Part shown: positions 40,896-50,446 of the stretch, piece by piece | How positions within the stretch are numbered: the stretch's first letter is position 1 | Layout of the letters: each line of letters opens with the position of its first letter | Source: Aquirufa sp. | GTDB lineage: Bacteria; Bacteroidota; Bacteroidia; Cytophagales; Spirosomataceae | Assembly: GCA_046073945.1 (NCBI GenBank) | Contig: JBJTNH010000100.1 | Span: 4,569 to 68,568, forward strand | Length of the DNA stretch: 64,000 nucleotides | Direction of reading: 5' to 3' | The notes under the pieces: generated by a model | Told to the model about the DNA's origin: nothing | What the model saw: the letters and a program-made list of their open reading frames with translations, nothing else | The model's database searches: none | Translations under genes and position numbers: made by a program

Positions 40896-43800
40896 TTAAA
40901 AGTTAAAGTTGGCTCCAACAGTGAAAGTACGTGGAACTGGGTAACTTGAGAAGTCAAGACCTTGACTCAAGTTTCCACCATCTCCTTGTCCATTTCCTTG
41001 AGAACTAACCTCTGGATTTGGTCCACCCCAATAATTAGTAAATACATATGCTTGTTGGCAAGAAGCATAAACACGAAGCGATTTATACACCTTTGAAGGC
41101 TTATTGAATGTATAACCCAATGTGATATTACGGATTGTAAAGTAAGATGCATCTGCGATGAAACGAGAGTTAATCCAGTCACGCTCAATACCTGTTACGT
41201 TACCACCACCAACAGTAGTACCATATTTACCATCACCTGGTTGAGATTCTGATCTCCAACGATTTGCCACTTCTTCCAATAAGTTAAAAGGACCATCTAA
41301 GTTAGCTGTTGAATAAATATGACGAACCAATAATTGGTTTCCATAAGATCCAGAACCAATGATATTGAAATCCCAATTCTTGTAAGTCACGTTATTTGTA
41401 ATACCATAAATGAAATCAGGGAATGGATTACCCATGATTACTCGGTCATCGTTATTACCACCATTTGTGATTACACCATCTCCGTTAGCATCCCAAAGTT
41501 TAATTGTACCTGGGAATGAACGACCAGGAACTTTAGGGCTAGCATCAACATCCGCTTGGTTTTTGTACATTCCTTGAGAAATAAAACCATAGAATTGTCC
41601 GAATGGTTGACCTACTTTAGTAATGTGGAAAGTTCCATATACACGATCAATTCCTGGAGCTAAAGCAACCACTACGTTACGATTGAAAGAGATATTCGCA
41701 TTGGTTGTCCATTTTACTGCACCCGTAGTATTTTTAGTGCTTACGCCAAATTCATGTCCCCAGAATTTAATTTCTCCAATGTTATCGTTGAAGTTACCAA
41801 AACCAGACTCTTGTGCAATTTGAACAGAATACAATAAGTTAGTTGTATTTTTCAAGTAGTAATCATATGTGAAGTTCACACGGTCATTCCAAAGATTTAA
41901 ATCCAAACCTAAGTCTAATTGACGTGTTTTCTCCCAACCTAAATTAGGGTTAGCTAAAGTTGAAACTGCAGCACCTGGAGCTACTGTATTACCAAATACT
42001 CCATTCACTGTATTGTTGATCAAAGCATATTGCGTGTAATTACCGATGTTATTATTTCCAATTTCACCAATACTACCTCTAATTTTCATGAATGATACAG
42101 CTGGAATGTCTTTCATGAATGGCTCATCAGATACAACCCAACCCGCTCCGATAGAAGGGAAAGTTCCCCAACGATTATTAGCACCAAAACGAGAAGATCC
42201 ATCACGACGAATCGCAGCGTTAATTAAGTACTTACCTTTGTAGTTATAAGTAGCACGTGCTAAGAAGGAAGTCAATGCCCACTCTTGTACACCACTATTT
42301 GTTGCTCCACGGTTGATATTGATCGCACCTTGAATAGTTGGTAGACGGTCATCTGAATAAGTATCTGCCTGAACCTGAGTAGATTCTTGACGGAAATATT
42401 GATTTGTATAACCTCCTAATAACTCCAATTTGTGATCTTCGTTGATTGTTTTGTTATATGTAACAGTATTCTCATTCAACCAAGATAAGTTTTCAAAGTT
42501 TTGACGAATGGAAACCGCAGTTGTAGGTGTAGGAGTATTCAAAGCAATCGTTGCTGTAGATGGATTAAACCAGAAATATTTCGTTCTTAAAATCTCACCA
42601 TTCATACTTGTTTTGAATTTCAAGCCTTTGATTGGCTCATATTCCATGTAACCATTTGTTAACAAATTGGTTGTTGTTGTCTCATTTGTGATTTCTTGAG
42701 CAGAACGAACCCAGTTCGCATACGTCCAAATATTACCTGTACTTGCAGGAAATTTATTGTATTTGGTTAAAGTAACTCCATCAGCTTCATAAATAGGCAT
42801 GATTGGCCAAGTATGTATAGCATTGAACAAAATACCATTCGAACGATCACCGTCCGTTCTAGGCGTATTATCATACGTCAATTGAGGAGCAACGTTAAAA
42901 CCAATCGTTACTTTATCTGAAATATCATATGCAGAATTCAAACGCAATGAATAACGCTTGTAGTCTGTATTTAGAACAACCCCTTTTTGATCTAAAATAC
43001 CTGCAACCAAAGAAGTTCTAGATTTTTCTTTGTTTGAAGTAATAGATAAGTTGTAGCTAGTAATTGGTGCATTTTTTTGAATCAAAGCATCATACCAATC
43101 GTTATTTTTTCCTGCATATTGTGAAGGATTTTGGAATTCAACGGGTACAGGTTGCTTCGCATCTTCGTAGAATTCTTTCTTGAATTGAGCAAACTGAACC
43201 GCATCCATCATTTTAATACGACCTTTCATTGGAACTTGTTGAACTCCAGTGTAAACATTAAAGCTTACGTTTGTTCCACTTCCTTTTCCTTTTTTGGTGG
43301 TAATCAAAACAACACCATTCGCAGCACGAGAACCATATAATGAAGTTGAAGCAGCATCTTTCAATACCGAAATATCTTCAATCTCATCTGGGTTCATAGC
43401 ACCAATTGAACCTGTAATTGGAAATCCATCTACAACATATAAAGGTTCAGAACCTGCAGAAACAGACAATTGACCACGGATACGGATACTCATACCCTTT
43501 CCTGGTTGACCCGTAGTTTGGTTAATTTGAACGCCTGCTAATTGACCTTGTAATTTTTGGCCGATTTGAGTAACTGGTAAATCTTTCAATTCTTTGTAAC
43601 CAATGGTTTGAACAGCACCTGTAATTTCTTTCTTAGATTGAGAACCATAACCCACAACAACAACCTCATTCAAGGTTTTGTCATCAGCGTCTAAAGAAAC
43701 GTTCAAAGTAGCCTGCCCAGCATAGCTTACATTTTTAGAAGAATAACCCACCATACTGAATCGTAGATTATCTCCAGATTTAACATCAATCTTGTAATTA

Positions 43801-44003
43801 CCTGCCGCATCAGTAGAAGTACCGCGCGTAGTTCCAATAATGGAAACCGTTGCACCAATTAACGACTCGCCTGTCGAGCTGCTAACTTTCCCTCGTAAAC
43901 TTTGTTGCTGTGCAAAAGCAACAGAGGTAAAAAAGAAAATCATGACCATTAGCATCGCTAAGATCCGATTTCCTTTTTGGAAATAGTCAAATTTGTTTTT
44001 CAT
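40896..44003 (-). CDS. SusC/RagA TonB-dependent transporter
   Basis: LNEVVVVGYG, PLYVVDG, SVLKDAASTSLYGSRAANGVVLITTK, RRDGSSRFG and YPVPRTFTVGANFNF. ATG 44003 is preferred over 44081. Confidence 0.96.
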   Translation of the reverse strand: MKNKFDYFQKGNRILAMLMVMIFFFTSVAFAQQQSLRGKVSSSTGESLIGATVSIIGTTRGTSTDAAGNYKIDVKSGDNLRFSMVGYSSKNVSYAGQATLNVSLDADDKTLNEVVVVGYGSQSKKEITGAVQTIGYKELKDLPVTQIGQKLQGQLAGVQINQTTGQPGKGMSIRIRGQLSVSAGSEPLYVVDGFPITGSIGAMNPDEIEDISVLKDAASTSLYGSRAANGVVLITTKKGKGSGTNVSFNVYTGVQQVPMKGRIKMMDAVQFAQFKKEFYEDAKQPVPVEFQNPSQYAGKNNDWYDALIQKNAPITSYNLSITSNKEKSRTSLVAGILDQKGVVLNTDYKRYSLRLNSAYDISDKVTIGFNVAPQLTYDNTPRTDGDRSNGILFNAIHTWPIMPIYEADGVTLTKYNKFPASTGNIWTYANWVRSAQEITNETTTTNLLTNGYMEYEPIKGLKFKTSMNGEILRTKYFWFNPSTATIALNTPTPTTAVSIRQNFENLSWLNENTVTYNKTINEDHKLELLGGYTNQYFRQESTQVQADTYSDDRLPTIQGAININRGATNSGVQEWALTSFLARATYNYKGKYLINAAIRRDGSSRFGANNRWGTFPSIGAGWVVSDEPFMKDIPAVSFMKIRGSIGEIGNNNIGNYTQYALINNTVNGVFGNTVAPGAAVSTLANPNLGWEKTRQLDLGLDLNLWNDRVNFTYDYYLKNTTNLLYSVQIAQESGFGNFNDNIGEIKFWGHEFGVSTKNTTGAVKWTTNANISFNRNVVVALAPGIDRVYGTFHITKVGQPFGQFYGFISQGMYKNQADVDASPKVPGRSFPGTIKLWDANGDGVITNGGNNDDRVIMGNPFPDFIYGITNNVTYKNWDFNIIGSGSYGNQLLVRHIYSTANLDGPFNLLEEVANRWRSESQPGDGKYGTTVGGGNVTGIERDWINSRFIADASYFTIRNITLGYTFNKPSKVYKSLRVYASCQQAYVFTNYWGGPNPEVSSQGNGQGDGGNLSQGLDFSSYPVPRTFTVGANFNF

Positions 44004-44057
44004 AGAAATAGGTTTAAAAGTTATCAAAAAATTGACCGCTGAAAAGAAAACTAATTC

Positions 44058-44122
44058 TTTATCACGATGTAATTTTATCAAAGCTTTGCAAGTAAACTAT
44101 CCTTAAATAACATAGGATAGTT
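44058..44122. promoter_or_regulatory. Upstream-of-susC elements: TTTATCA direct repeat (16-bp period) and perfect 9-bp inverted repeat AACTATCCT-N10-AGGATAGTT
   Basis: TTTATCA at 44058-44064 and 44074-44080. Inverted arms at 44095-44103 and 44114-44122. Confidence 0.5.
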
Positions 44123-44161
44123 AAAATATTTCTAAAAAAAATGAAAAATAAATACTATATC

Positions 44162-45505
44162 CTATAATACTTTCCCCGAATCTAACACATATATCCTTGT
44201 TGCCGTTGAATAATTACCCCCACTTGGATCTTTGTATTTCAAATCTAAATAAAAGGCAGAATATCCCTTTTTAGGATAACTTTGCTCAATCTTGATGTTG
44301 GATAAATCGGAAATTTTCACTCGCTCACTTAACCATAAATTATTTCTAAAATCTCGGTCAGAAGAAGTTGTATGCCACAAAGTTGCCTCTACAAAATCTT
44401 GACTCAAGGCTTTCACCGATAATTCAGCAGCGGTTTTATTGGATTTAATCTCCCAAACCGGCAATGGCAAATCCCTGTTTTGAACCACATTGGCAAAAAA
44501 TCCACTCAATGCCTCCAAGGCTTGTTTTCCTCCTGCCAAATCATGTCCCGCATTTGGCACATAATGTATCAAATTTTTATTAGGGATTTCATTGTAATAA
44601 TGCTTGGTCGCATCTACCGTCCAATAAGGATCGTTGGTTCCAATGAATATCATTTTGGGAATATTGTACTTTGCCCGGTAAGAAAATGGATCAATCATAC
44701 TCGTAATTGCCTTGCCATCTGGTGTACCTGTACCTTGTGGAATACCCAACTTCACATAATCCTCAATTTCGATACTATATTCTCCATAAGTAGTGTATTG
44801 ATAATTCAAGGTGGCTGGCATATTCAACATGTCTATCACCATCGGTGCAATTGCCTTCACTCGTTTATCATCGATGGCTGCACTCAACCAAGTTGTCCAG
44901 CCTCTTTTCGATGCGCCAGTTACCACAAAATTATTGACAGAAAATTCCGTTTTTTTCTTCACAAATTCTTGCACCGCATCCATGCCACGAACCGCTGATT
45001 TTACCATTGGAAATAACAATGGCCAAGTAACATCTTTGTCTTCTTTGTATTTGTGAAGTGTATAAGAGATGATTTCATCTTCTGTTCGACCATCAAAAAT
45101 AGGTTGATTAGGCACTTGTTTGATCAAAGCGACAATGGATTTGTTCTTTGCAGCAAAGGCCGACAAAGCTGGCCAAAGCCCATCTTTGTTACTCCAATTA
45201 GGTTGTTCCTCTTTATTTGATCCACCTGTAATAAAAAACAAGGCATCTTCGTATTTACGATCTTTAGGAACAAATACAGTTAATTGATGTCGCCAAGTTA
45301 TATCATGCCATTTTTGAGAAGTTAACAACAAATGATAAGCCATTACTGATCCTAAAGCTGTCGAATCTTTCAATTCCCATTGGAAACTTTTGTCTCCATT
45401 TCCCATATAATCTTTCAGGGCCGTCTCGGGCGTACTTTTCGATTTTTGTCCAAAAGCTGGGACACTTATAAATGCTAGGACTATTAGCCAAAGTTTCGTT
45501 TTCAT
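44162..45505 (-). CDS. PqaA-family (PhoPQ-activated pathogenicity-related) alpha/beta-hydrolase-fold exported protein
   Basis: Signal peptide, LTSQKW, W.H, VPNQP, EDEII, PMVKSAVRGMD, GASKRGWTTW, TNDPYW and PNAGH. Confidence 0.9.
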   Translation of the reverse strand: MKTKLWLIVLAFISVPAFGQKSKSTPETALKDYMGNGDKSFQWELKDSTALGSVMAYHLLLTSQKWHDITWRHQLTVFVPKDRKYEDALFFITGGSNKEEQPNWSNKDGLWPALSAFAAKNKSIVALIKQVPNQPIFDGRTEDEIISYTLHKYKEDKDVTWPLLFPMVKSAVRGMDAVQEFVKKKTEFSVNNFVVTGASKRGWTTWLSAAIDDKRVKAIAPMVIDMLNMPATLNYQYTTYGEYSIEIEDYVKLGIPQGTGTPDGKAITSMIDPFSYRAKYNIPKMIFIGTNDPYWTVDATKHYYNEIPNKNLIHYVPNAGHDLAGGKQALEALSGFFANVVQNRDLPLPVWEIKSNKTAAELSVKALSQDFVEATLWHTTSSDRDFRNNLWLSERVKISDLSNIKIEQSYPKKGYSAFYLDLKYKDPSGGNYSTATRIYVLDSGKVL

Positions 45506-46341
45506 ATTTTATTTAAATGCTTTTGAATATGTTGGTAACTTTTTAATACTAATTCCGCTTCAGTAGTATAATTTTTCCTCCAAATACAAGCCGCTGGCAA
45601 TAAAGGAGTAAATGCCTCCACGACTAACCATCCTTTGTAATTCATCCGCTTTAAACCATCGAAAACATTATCCCAATGAACTTGTCCTTCACCTAAAGTC
45701 GCTCTAGTGCTTTCCGACAACTGAATATGTCCGATTTCATCGGCAATTCTCACCATAGCTTCTCCTGTATTAAACTCTTCTATGTGCGCATGAAATGTAT
45801 CAAACATGATTTTCACATTAGGATGATTGATGGCTTTCACCAAACTATGCAATTGATCCGCTGAACTAACCACATAATTTTCAAAGCGATTCAAATATTC
45901 CAATCCTAAAATCACGTTCTTGGACTCTGCATGAGCCGCCACAGCCAACATACTTTCCTTGGACCAATCCAATTCTTGTTGTGTGGGCGCCGCTCCAGAA
46001 AAAACACCCAATGCCGAATGATAAGGACCCGATAACCAGGTCGCTCCTAAATATGCGGTTACGTCAACTGCCTTTTTCAAGAATTCAATTCCATTTTGAC
46101 GAACGGCAGGATCCGAAGAAATGGTATTCATATCAGCGCCCAAAAAGGTCACCGTAAACACCGTTAAGCCTAATCGGTCAATTTCCTCTTTCCATGGTTT
46201 CCAATAAGCCAAATCTGTATTGAAAATAGGAATCTCCACTCCTTCATAACCTACTTCTTTGATGTATGCCAAATGTTGGATAATCGACTCGTTCATATCT
46301 GGTCCATAAACGAGGGTATTCATTGCAATCTGATATTTCAT
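45502..46341 (-). CDS. Ketose 3-epimerase-like TIM-barrel protein (D-psicose/D-tagatose 3-epimerase family)
   Basis: E-D-H-E metal motif: LEYLNRFE, FDTFHAHIEE, HIQLSESTR and VEAF. Confidence 0.88.
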   Translation of the reverse strand: MKYQIAMNTLVYGPDMNESIIQHLAYIKEVGYEGVEIPIFNTDLAYWKPWKEEIDRLGLTVFTVTFLGADMNTISSDPAVRQNGIEFLKKAVDVTAYLGATWLSGPYHSALGVFSGAAPTQQELDWSKESMLAVAAHAESKNVILGLEYLNRFENYVVSSADQLHSLVKAINHPNVKIMFDTFHAHIEEFNTGEAMVRIADEIGHIQLSESTRATLGEGQVHWDNVFDGLKRMNYKGWLVVEAFTPLLPAACIWRKNYTTEAELVLKSYQHIQKHLNKI

Positions 46342-46358
46342 TTTATTCGAATTAATAT

Positions 46359-47234
46359 TTATTTTGAGTTAACCATTCCTCTGTAAGGAACATTGATATC
46401 TAATTTTCCTCCCCACTTGGTAGGTACTTTTTTTCCTAATTCCCAATGAATGGCATTGACGATCAAGCGCTGAAATGGCTCAACGGAAAAATCTTCTGGA
46501 TGCCCCATCGTAGTAAAAAACACTTTCCCCTTGTATTCATTTTCCCAAGTCCAAGCAATGGGCTGATCTACTGCTGCTTTATCTGGATTAACCGCTTTAC
46601 CCATGATTAACCAATCTGTTCCTTTTTTCGGATAATCTGGTAATACACGATACAACCAAGAACGTACATGAAAAGTAGGATCCACGCCTGTTAAAATCGG
46701 ATGTTGCGATTTCTCTGGAATAATGGTTGCATCTGTACTTGCATTATGCCCGTAATGAGTGTGTTGAGCCTTTCCACCCCATCCTGGAGGCGCACCAAAT
46801 GCTCTTTCTGCAAATCCATTGTAAGATTCTAAAGGATCACCTTTGGGATAATTGAACGAGTGCGTGCTCGTTCTAAAGCCCATAATAGGTTTTCCAGATT
46901 TCAAATAGGCTTCAATATGGGCAACTTGATCGGCTGGTAATAATCGCCAACGCAAAAAGAATACCGCTAAATCGGCATCCGCCAAGGATTCCAATCCAGG
47001 AATATTTTTTTCGGCATTTTGATCGGGAAATGATTTGAGAATTTTGGTTCTAAATCCATATTGTGATTCCAAGGTTTTAGCTAAAAGTGGGAGCGTTTCT
47101 TCTCCACTGTATTCATGATCTCCGCAAACAAAAACAATCAATGGTTTTTTTCCGGATTTTTTCTGTGAAAAACCCGTTTGAACGAAGACAAAAACCAAAC
47201 AAAAACTCAAAATAACTCGAATAAAATTTTTCAT
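46359..47234 (-). CDS. ThuA-like (class I GATase-fold) exported protein
   Basis: Signal peptide, GDHEY, IPGLE.L..ADL, G.RTSTH, HPILTGV and VFFTTMGHPEDF..NAIHW. Confidence 0.85.
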   Translation of the reverse strand: MKNFIRVILSFCLVFVFVQTGFSQKKSGKKPLIVFVCGDHEYSGEETLPLLAKTLESQYGFRTKILKSFPDQNAEKNIPGLESLADADLAVFFLRWRLLPADQVAHIEAYLKSGKPIMGFRTSTHSFNYPKGDPLESYNGFAERAFGAPPGWGGKAQHTHYGHNASTDATIIPEKSQHPILTGVDPTFHVRSWLYRVLPDYPKKGTDWLIMGKAVNPDKAAVDQPIAWTWENEYKGKVFFTTMGHPEDFSVEPFQRLIVNAIHWELGKKVPTKWGGKLDINVPYRGMVNSK

Positions 47235-50200
47235 CTATTTTTCTAAAGGATGTTGTTGTAACAATTCAGATACATTATAAAAATCTTTTTTGGCGGCAAC
47301 AGCTGCTCTAACTGCTTTTACTTTTTCAGGCTTAATCACGGAAGCCTTATTTCCAAAAGCATTCCGAACATAAGTCAAAACAGACGCAATTTCCTTGTCA
47401 TTCATCAAGCCCCCATAAGGCGTCATTGGAACCTGTCCCGGATATTTCACACCAGAAACCTCAATTGGTCCCATCAAACCTTTCAATACCAATTTAATCA
47501 GACGATCTTCATTACCTGTCACCCAATTAGACCCTGACAAGGGTGGAAAACCCGAAGAAACCAAGCCTTTACCATTTGTTTGGTGACATGTATTGCAATA
47601 ACCGTCTTTGGCAAATAATTTTTGACCTTCCTTGAACATGACTAAATCATTACCCAATAAATCCGACTCCACTTTGGCCTCTTTCTTCTTGGCTACATTT
47701 TGACCAGATGCATGAGCAACCGCTATTTCATGGGGTTCTTTCATCCAATCATCCAAAGGATGTTTTTTAGCCAAAGCTAAAATAGGTAAAGCCTTTTCTT
47801 GAGGCAACCAAGAAGCAGCTACGAATGCTTCCATTCGAACTCTTCCATGTTCATCCTCCGCTGCCTTGGCCAATAATTCCGCTTGATTGGCCACTTGATG
47901 CCCTGTATATCTTAACACACGAACAGCAGCAGCCCTTACGTGATAATCCTTTGAATTCAATAATTGATTCAATATTTTTTGATCTACTTTATTCAATCCC
48001 CAAGAAACCCATAAGGCTTCTAAGACATGGTGTTCGTAATTAGGATCTGATTTGTCTAATTGAGCCACCCAAGTAGTAATTTTTGGCAAAACTTCATCCG
48101 CTTTTCTTCCTCTCAATTCCCTTCTCACTCGGTATCTAGTACGGTATTCAGGCAATTTTAAATTGTCCAATAGTTCCTCAACAGAAGCACCAAAAACTTT
48201 TGCCGGTTTAACCAAAGGTCGAGATGGATAAGTAATTCGGTAAACTCGACCATGCGTATGATCTCTCAAAGGATCCCTTGCATTATGTTGCATGTGACCA
48301 ATCAAAATATTGTGCCAATCTATCACATACAATGATCCATCGGGTGCAAACTCCATATCTACCGGTCTAAAATTCCTGTCTTCACCTACGATTAAATCTT
48401 GGCGATGTTTTGACGTATATCCAGTACCGTTATCCGTCAAAATATGTTGTTTCATTCCTAAAAAACCAATGGTATTATTGATTAAAAAATCACCTTGTAC
48501 TTCATCTGGAAAATGTCTGCTGTACACAAATTCCAAACCAGAAGTTGGGCGAACCAAATGCTTTTCTTCAATCAAGGTAAATGATTTATGTCCGGTTTGC
48601 CCGTATCTATTTTTTGTGGTTCCTGGCATCATCCATCTTACATCTGGACCTGATGTTTCTGCAAAGAAATTTTGTCCCCATTTATCAAAAGCAATCCCCC
48701 AAGGATTTGGAATAGACAATTGTGCCACACGCTCCAAATGCTTTCTAGCAGGATTATACCGCATAAATCCACCATTTGTTGCTCGTACTGTACCATAAGG
48801 CGTTTCAACATTTGTATGTAAAAAGACTCCTTCTCCCATGTAAATTGCACCGGACTCATCTGTCACAAATGCAGAAATTTCATGGTGCGTATCATGGTCG
48901 TCAAAACCACTTAAAATTACTTCTTTGGTATCCGCATGATCGTCGCCATTGGTATCTCTTAAAAAGACCAAATTAGTCCCTTGGGAAATATAGACTCCAT
49001 CATGCGCAATTTCCATTCCAACTGGTACGTGAAGTCCTTCGGCAAAAACAGTTTCTTTATCGGCTTTCCCGTCGTTATTGGTATCTTCCAAAATAATAAT
49101 TTTATCGTTCGGTTTCGGATCGCCGGGCTTATAATGCGGATAAGAAGGCATACAAACTACCCACAATCTACCTTTATTATCAAATGTCATTTGAACGGGT
49201 TTAGCCAAATCAGGAAATTCTGCTTCAGAAGCAAACAATTCGATTTTATACCCTGGTGCAACTTTAATGGCATTCAGTGCCTCTTGTCCATATAAATAAG
49301 TCAAACTTCCATTTTTCTCTGGATTAAAATTCGTTTTGACGGGATCTAATTTTCGAGTCTGTGCATCCGCCGCTACCAAATCAAAGGATTGTCCATGAAT
49401 CGCTGCCTGAATCGCCTTTTCTCTATTTTCTGTCATTTGACGAATTTTTTCAATTTCAGCAGGGTAATTATCTGGTCCAAAAGGATTGTATCTTCTTCCA
49501 TACACGTGAACACCATTCGGAATTTTATAATCGGTGTGCCACATCCAGTTTTTCTCTGCTACGGCATCATAGACCGATTTACGTCTGGTTTCAATCGTGG
49601 AATTTTTCTTTCCAAAAGCTTGGTCGGCTAAGAATAATGCTAATTTTTGATACCCTTTATCATTCAATTGAAACCCATCAATCGTCAAAGGCTCTGCCGA
49701 TTCTTCGTACCATTTTTTAGAAGCCGAAAATGCATCAATAAATAAAACACCTTGCTTTTCGCAAACCTCTTTCATGGCTTGAGAATAGAGAGTCAAATTG
49801 GCATTTTGTTCTTTTCCATTGGGTAAATCATACAAGGCAGTCAAATCCTCAAAAGCAACGGGTGAAACAATTGCTAATTTTGGAGCAGAAGCACCATTGT
49901 ATTTTTGAGCCAAAGTATGTTGGATAAATGCAGTCAATTCTGCTTTGTAATTATCCAATTTCGCTTTACCTTCATACGACTCGCTATATCCAAAAAATCC
50001 AATAACAATATCTGTTTTTAAACGCGTCAACCATTGATCATGTGTTTCTAAATGACCCTCGCTACCCGATGGATTAGCGAATTCATCTTGAAATTTACCT
50101 GCACCGGGAAATGCCCAAGGCTGATTTCTCGCTGAATGTGGACGAAAACCTGGGGTATCTCCACCATCGCATAAATTTCTAACCCGTAAATTATTCTCTG

Positions 50201-50390
50201 GGTACCTTAGATGCATTTCTGTTTCAAAATGATCGTAATTGATCATTCTGGAACCCATGTTTCCACCCACTAAAGCAATGTGCGAATTGATGGCCAAGGG
50301 AAGAATCTTGGGAGCTTTGGGTTGCAAGAAACTAAGAGAGCAAACAGCGATGATGATTAAAATCACGCCTAATTGAATCTTTTTAGACAT
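47235..50390 (-). CDS. PVC-type heme-binding protein: SGNH-like domain + beta-propeller + HEAT + cytochrome c
   Basis: N-terminal SGNH-like region, FASE..FPDL.KPV, DTNNDGKAD, NPWG, FRPVD..FAPDG.LY..DW, HEAT repeats, CNTCH, PPL and axial-Met candidate VPM. Confidence 0.88.
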   Translation of the reverse strand: MSKKIQLGVILIIIAVCSLSFLQPKAPKILPLAINSHIALVGGNMGSRMINYDHFETEMHLRYPENNLRVRNLCDGGDTPGFRPHSARNQPWAFPGAGKFQDEFANPSGSEGHLETHDQWLTRLKTDIVIGFFGYSESYEGKAKLDNYKAELTAFIQHTLAQKYNGASAPKLAIVSPVAFEDLTALYDLPNGKEQNANLTLYSQAMKEVCEKQGVLFIDAFSASKKWYEESAEPLTIDGFQLNDKGYQKLALFLADQAFGKKNSTIETRRKSVYDAVAEKNWMWHTDYKIPNGVHVYGRRYNPFGPDNYPAEIEKIRQMTENREKAIQAAIHGQSFDLVAADAQTRKLDPVKTNFNPEKNGSLTYLYGQEALNAIKVAPGYKIELFASEAEFPDLAKPVQMTFDNKGRLWVVCMPSYPHYKPGDPKPNDKIIILEDTNNDGKADKETVFAEGLHVPVGMEIAHDGVYISQGTNLVFLRDTNGDDHADTKEVILSGFDDHDTHHEISAFVTDESGAIYMGEGVFLHTNVETPYGTVRATNGGFMRYNPARKHLERVAQLSIPNPWGIAFDKWGQNFFAETSGPDVRWMMPGTTKNRYGQTGHKSFTLIEEKHLVRPTSGLEFVYSRHFPDEVQGDFLINNTIGFLGMKQHILTDNGTGYTSKHRQDLIVGEDRNFRPVDMEFAPDGSLYVIDWHNILIGHMQHNARDPLRDHTHGRVYRITYPSRPLVKPAKVFGASVEELLDNLKLPEYRTRYRVRRELRGRKADEVLPKITTWVAQLDKSDPNYEHHVLEALWVSWGLNKVDQKILNQLLNSKDYHVRAAAVRVLRYTGHQVANQAELLAKAAEDEHGRVRMEAFVAASWLPQEKALPILALAKKHPLDDWMKEPHEIAVAHASGQNVAKKKEAKVESDLLGNDLVMFKEGQKLFAKDGYCNTCHQTNGKGLVSSGFPPLSGSNWVTGNEDRLIKLVLKGLMGPIEVSGVKYPGQVPMTPYGGLMNDKEIASVLTYVRNAFGNKASVIKPEKVKAVRAAVAAKKDFYNVSELLQQHPLEK

Positions 50391-50446
50391 TTTTATTATT
50401 TTTTATAATTAAAATAGGTTTTGGCACACAAAATAGAAATAAAAAA

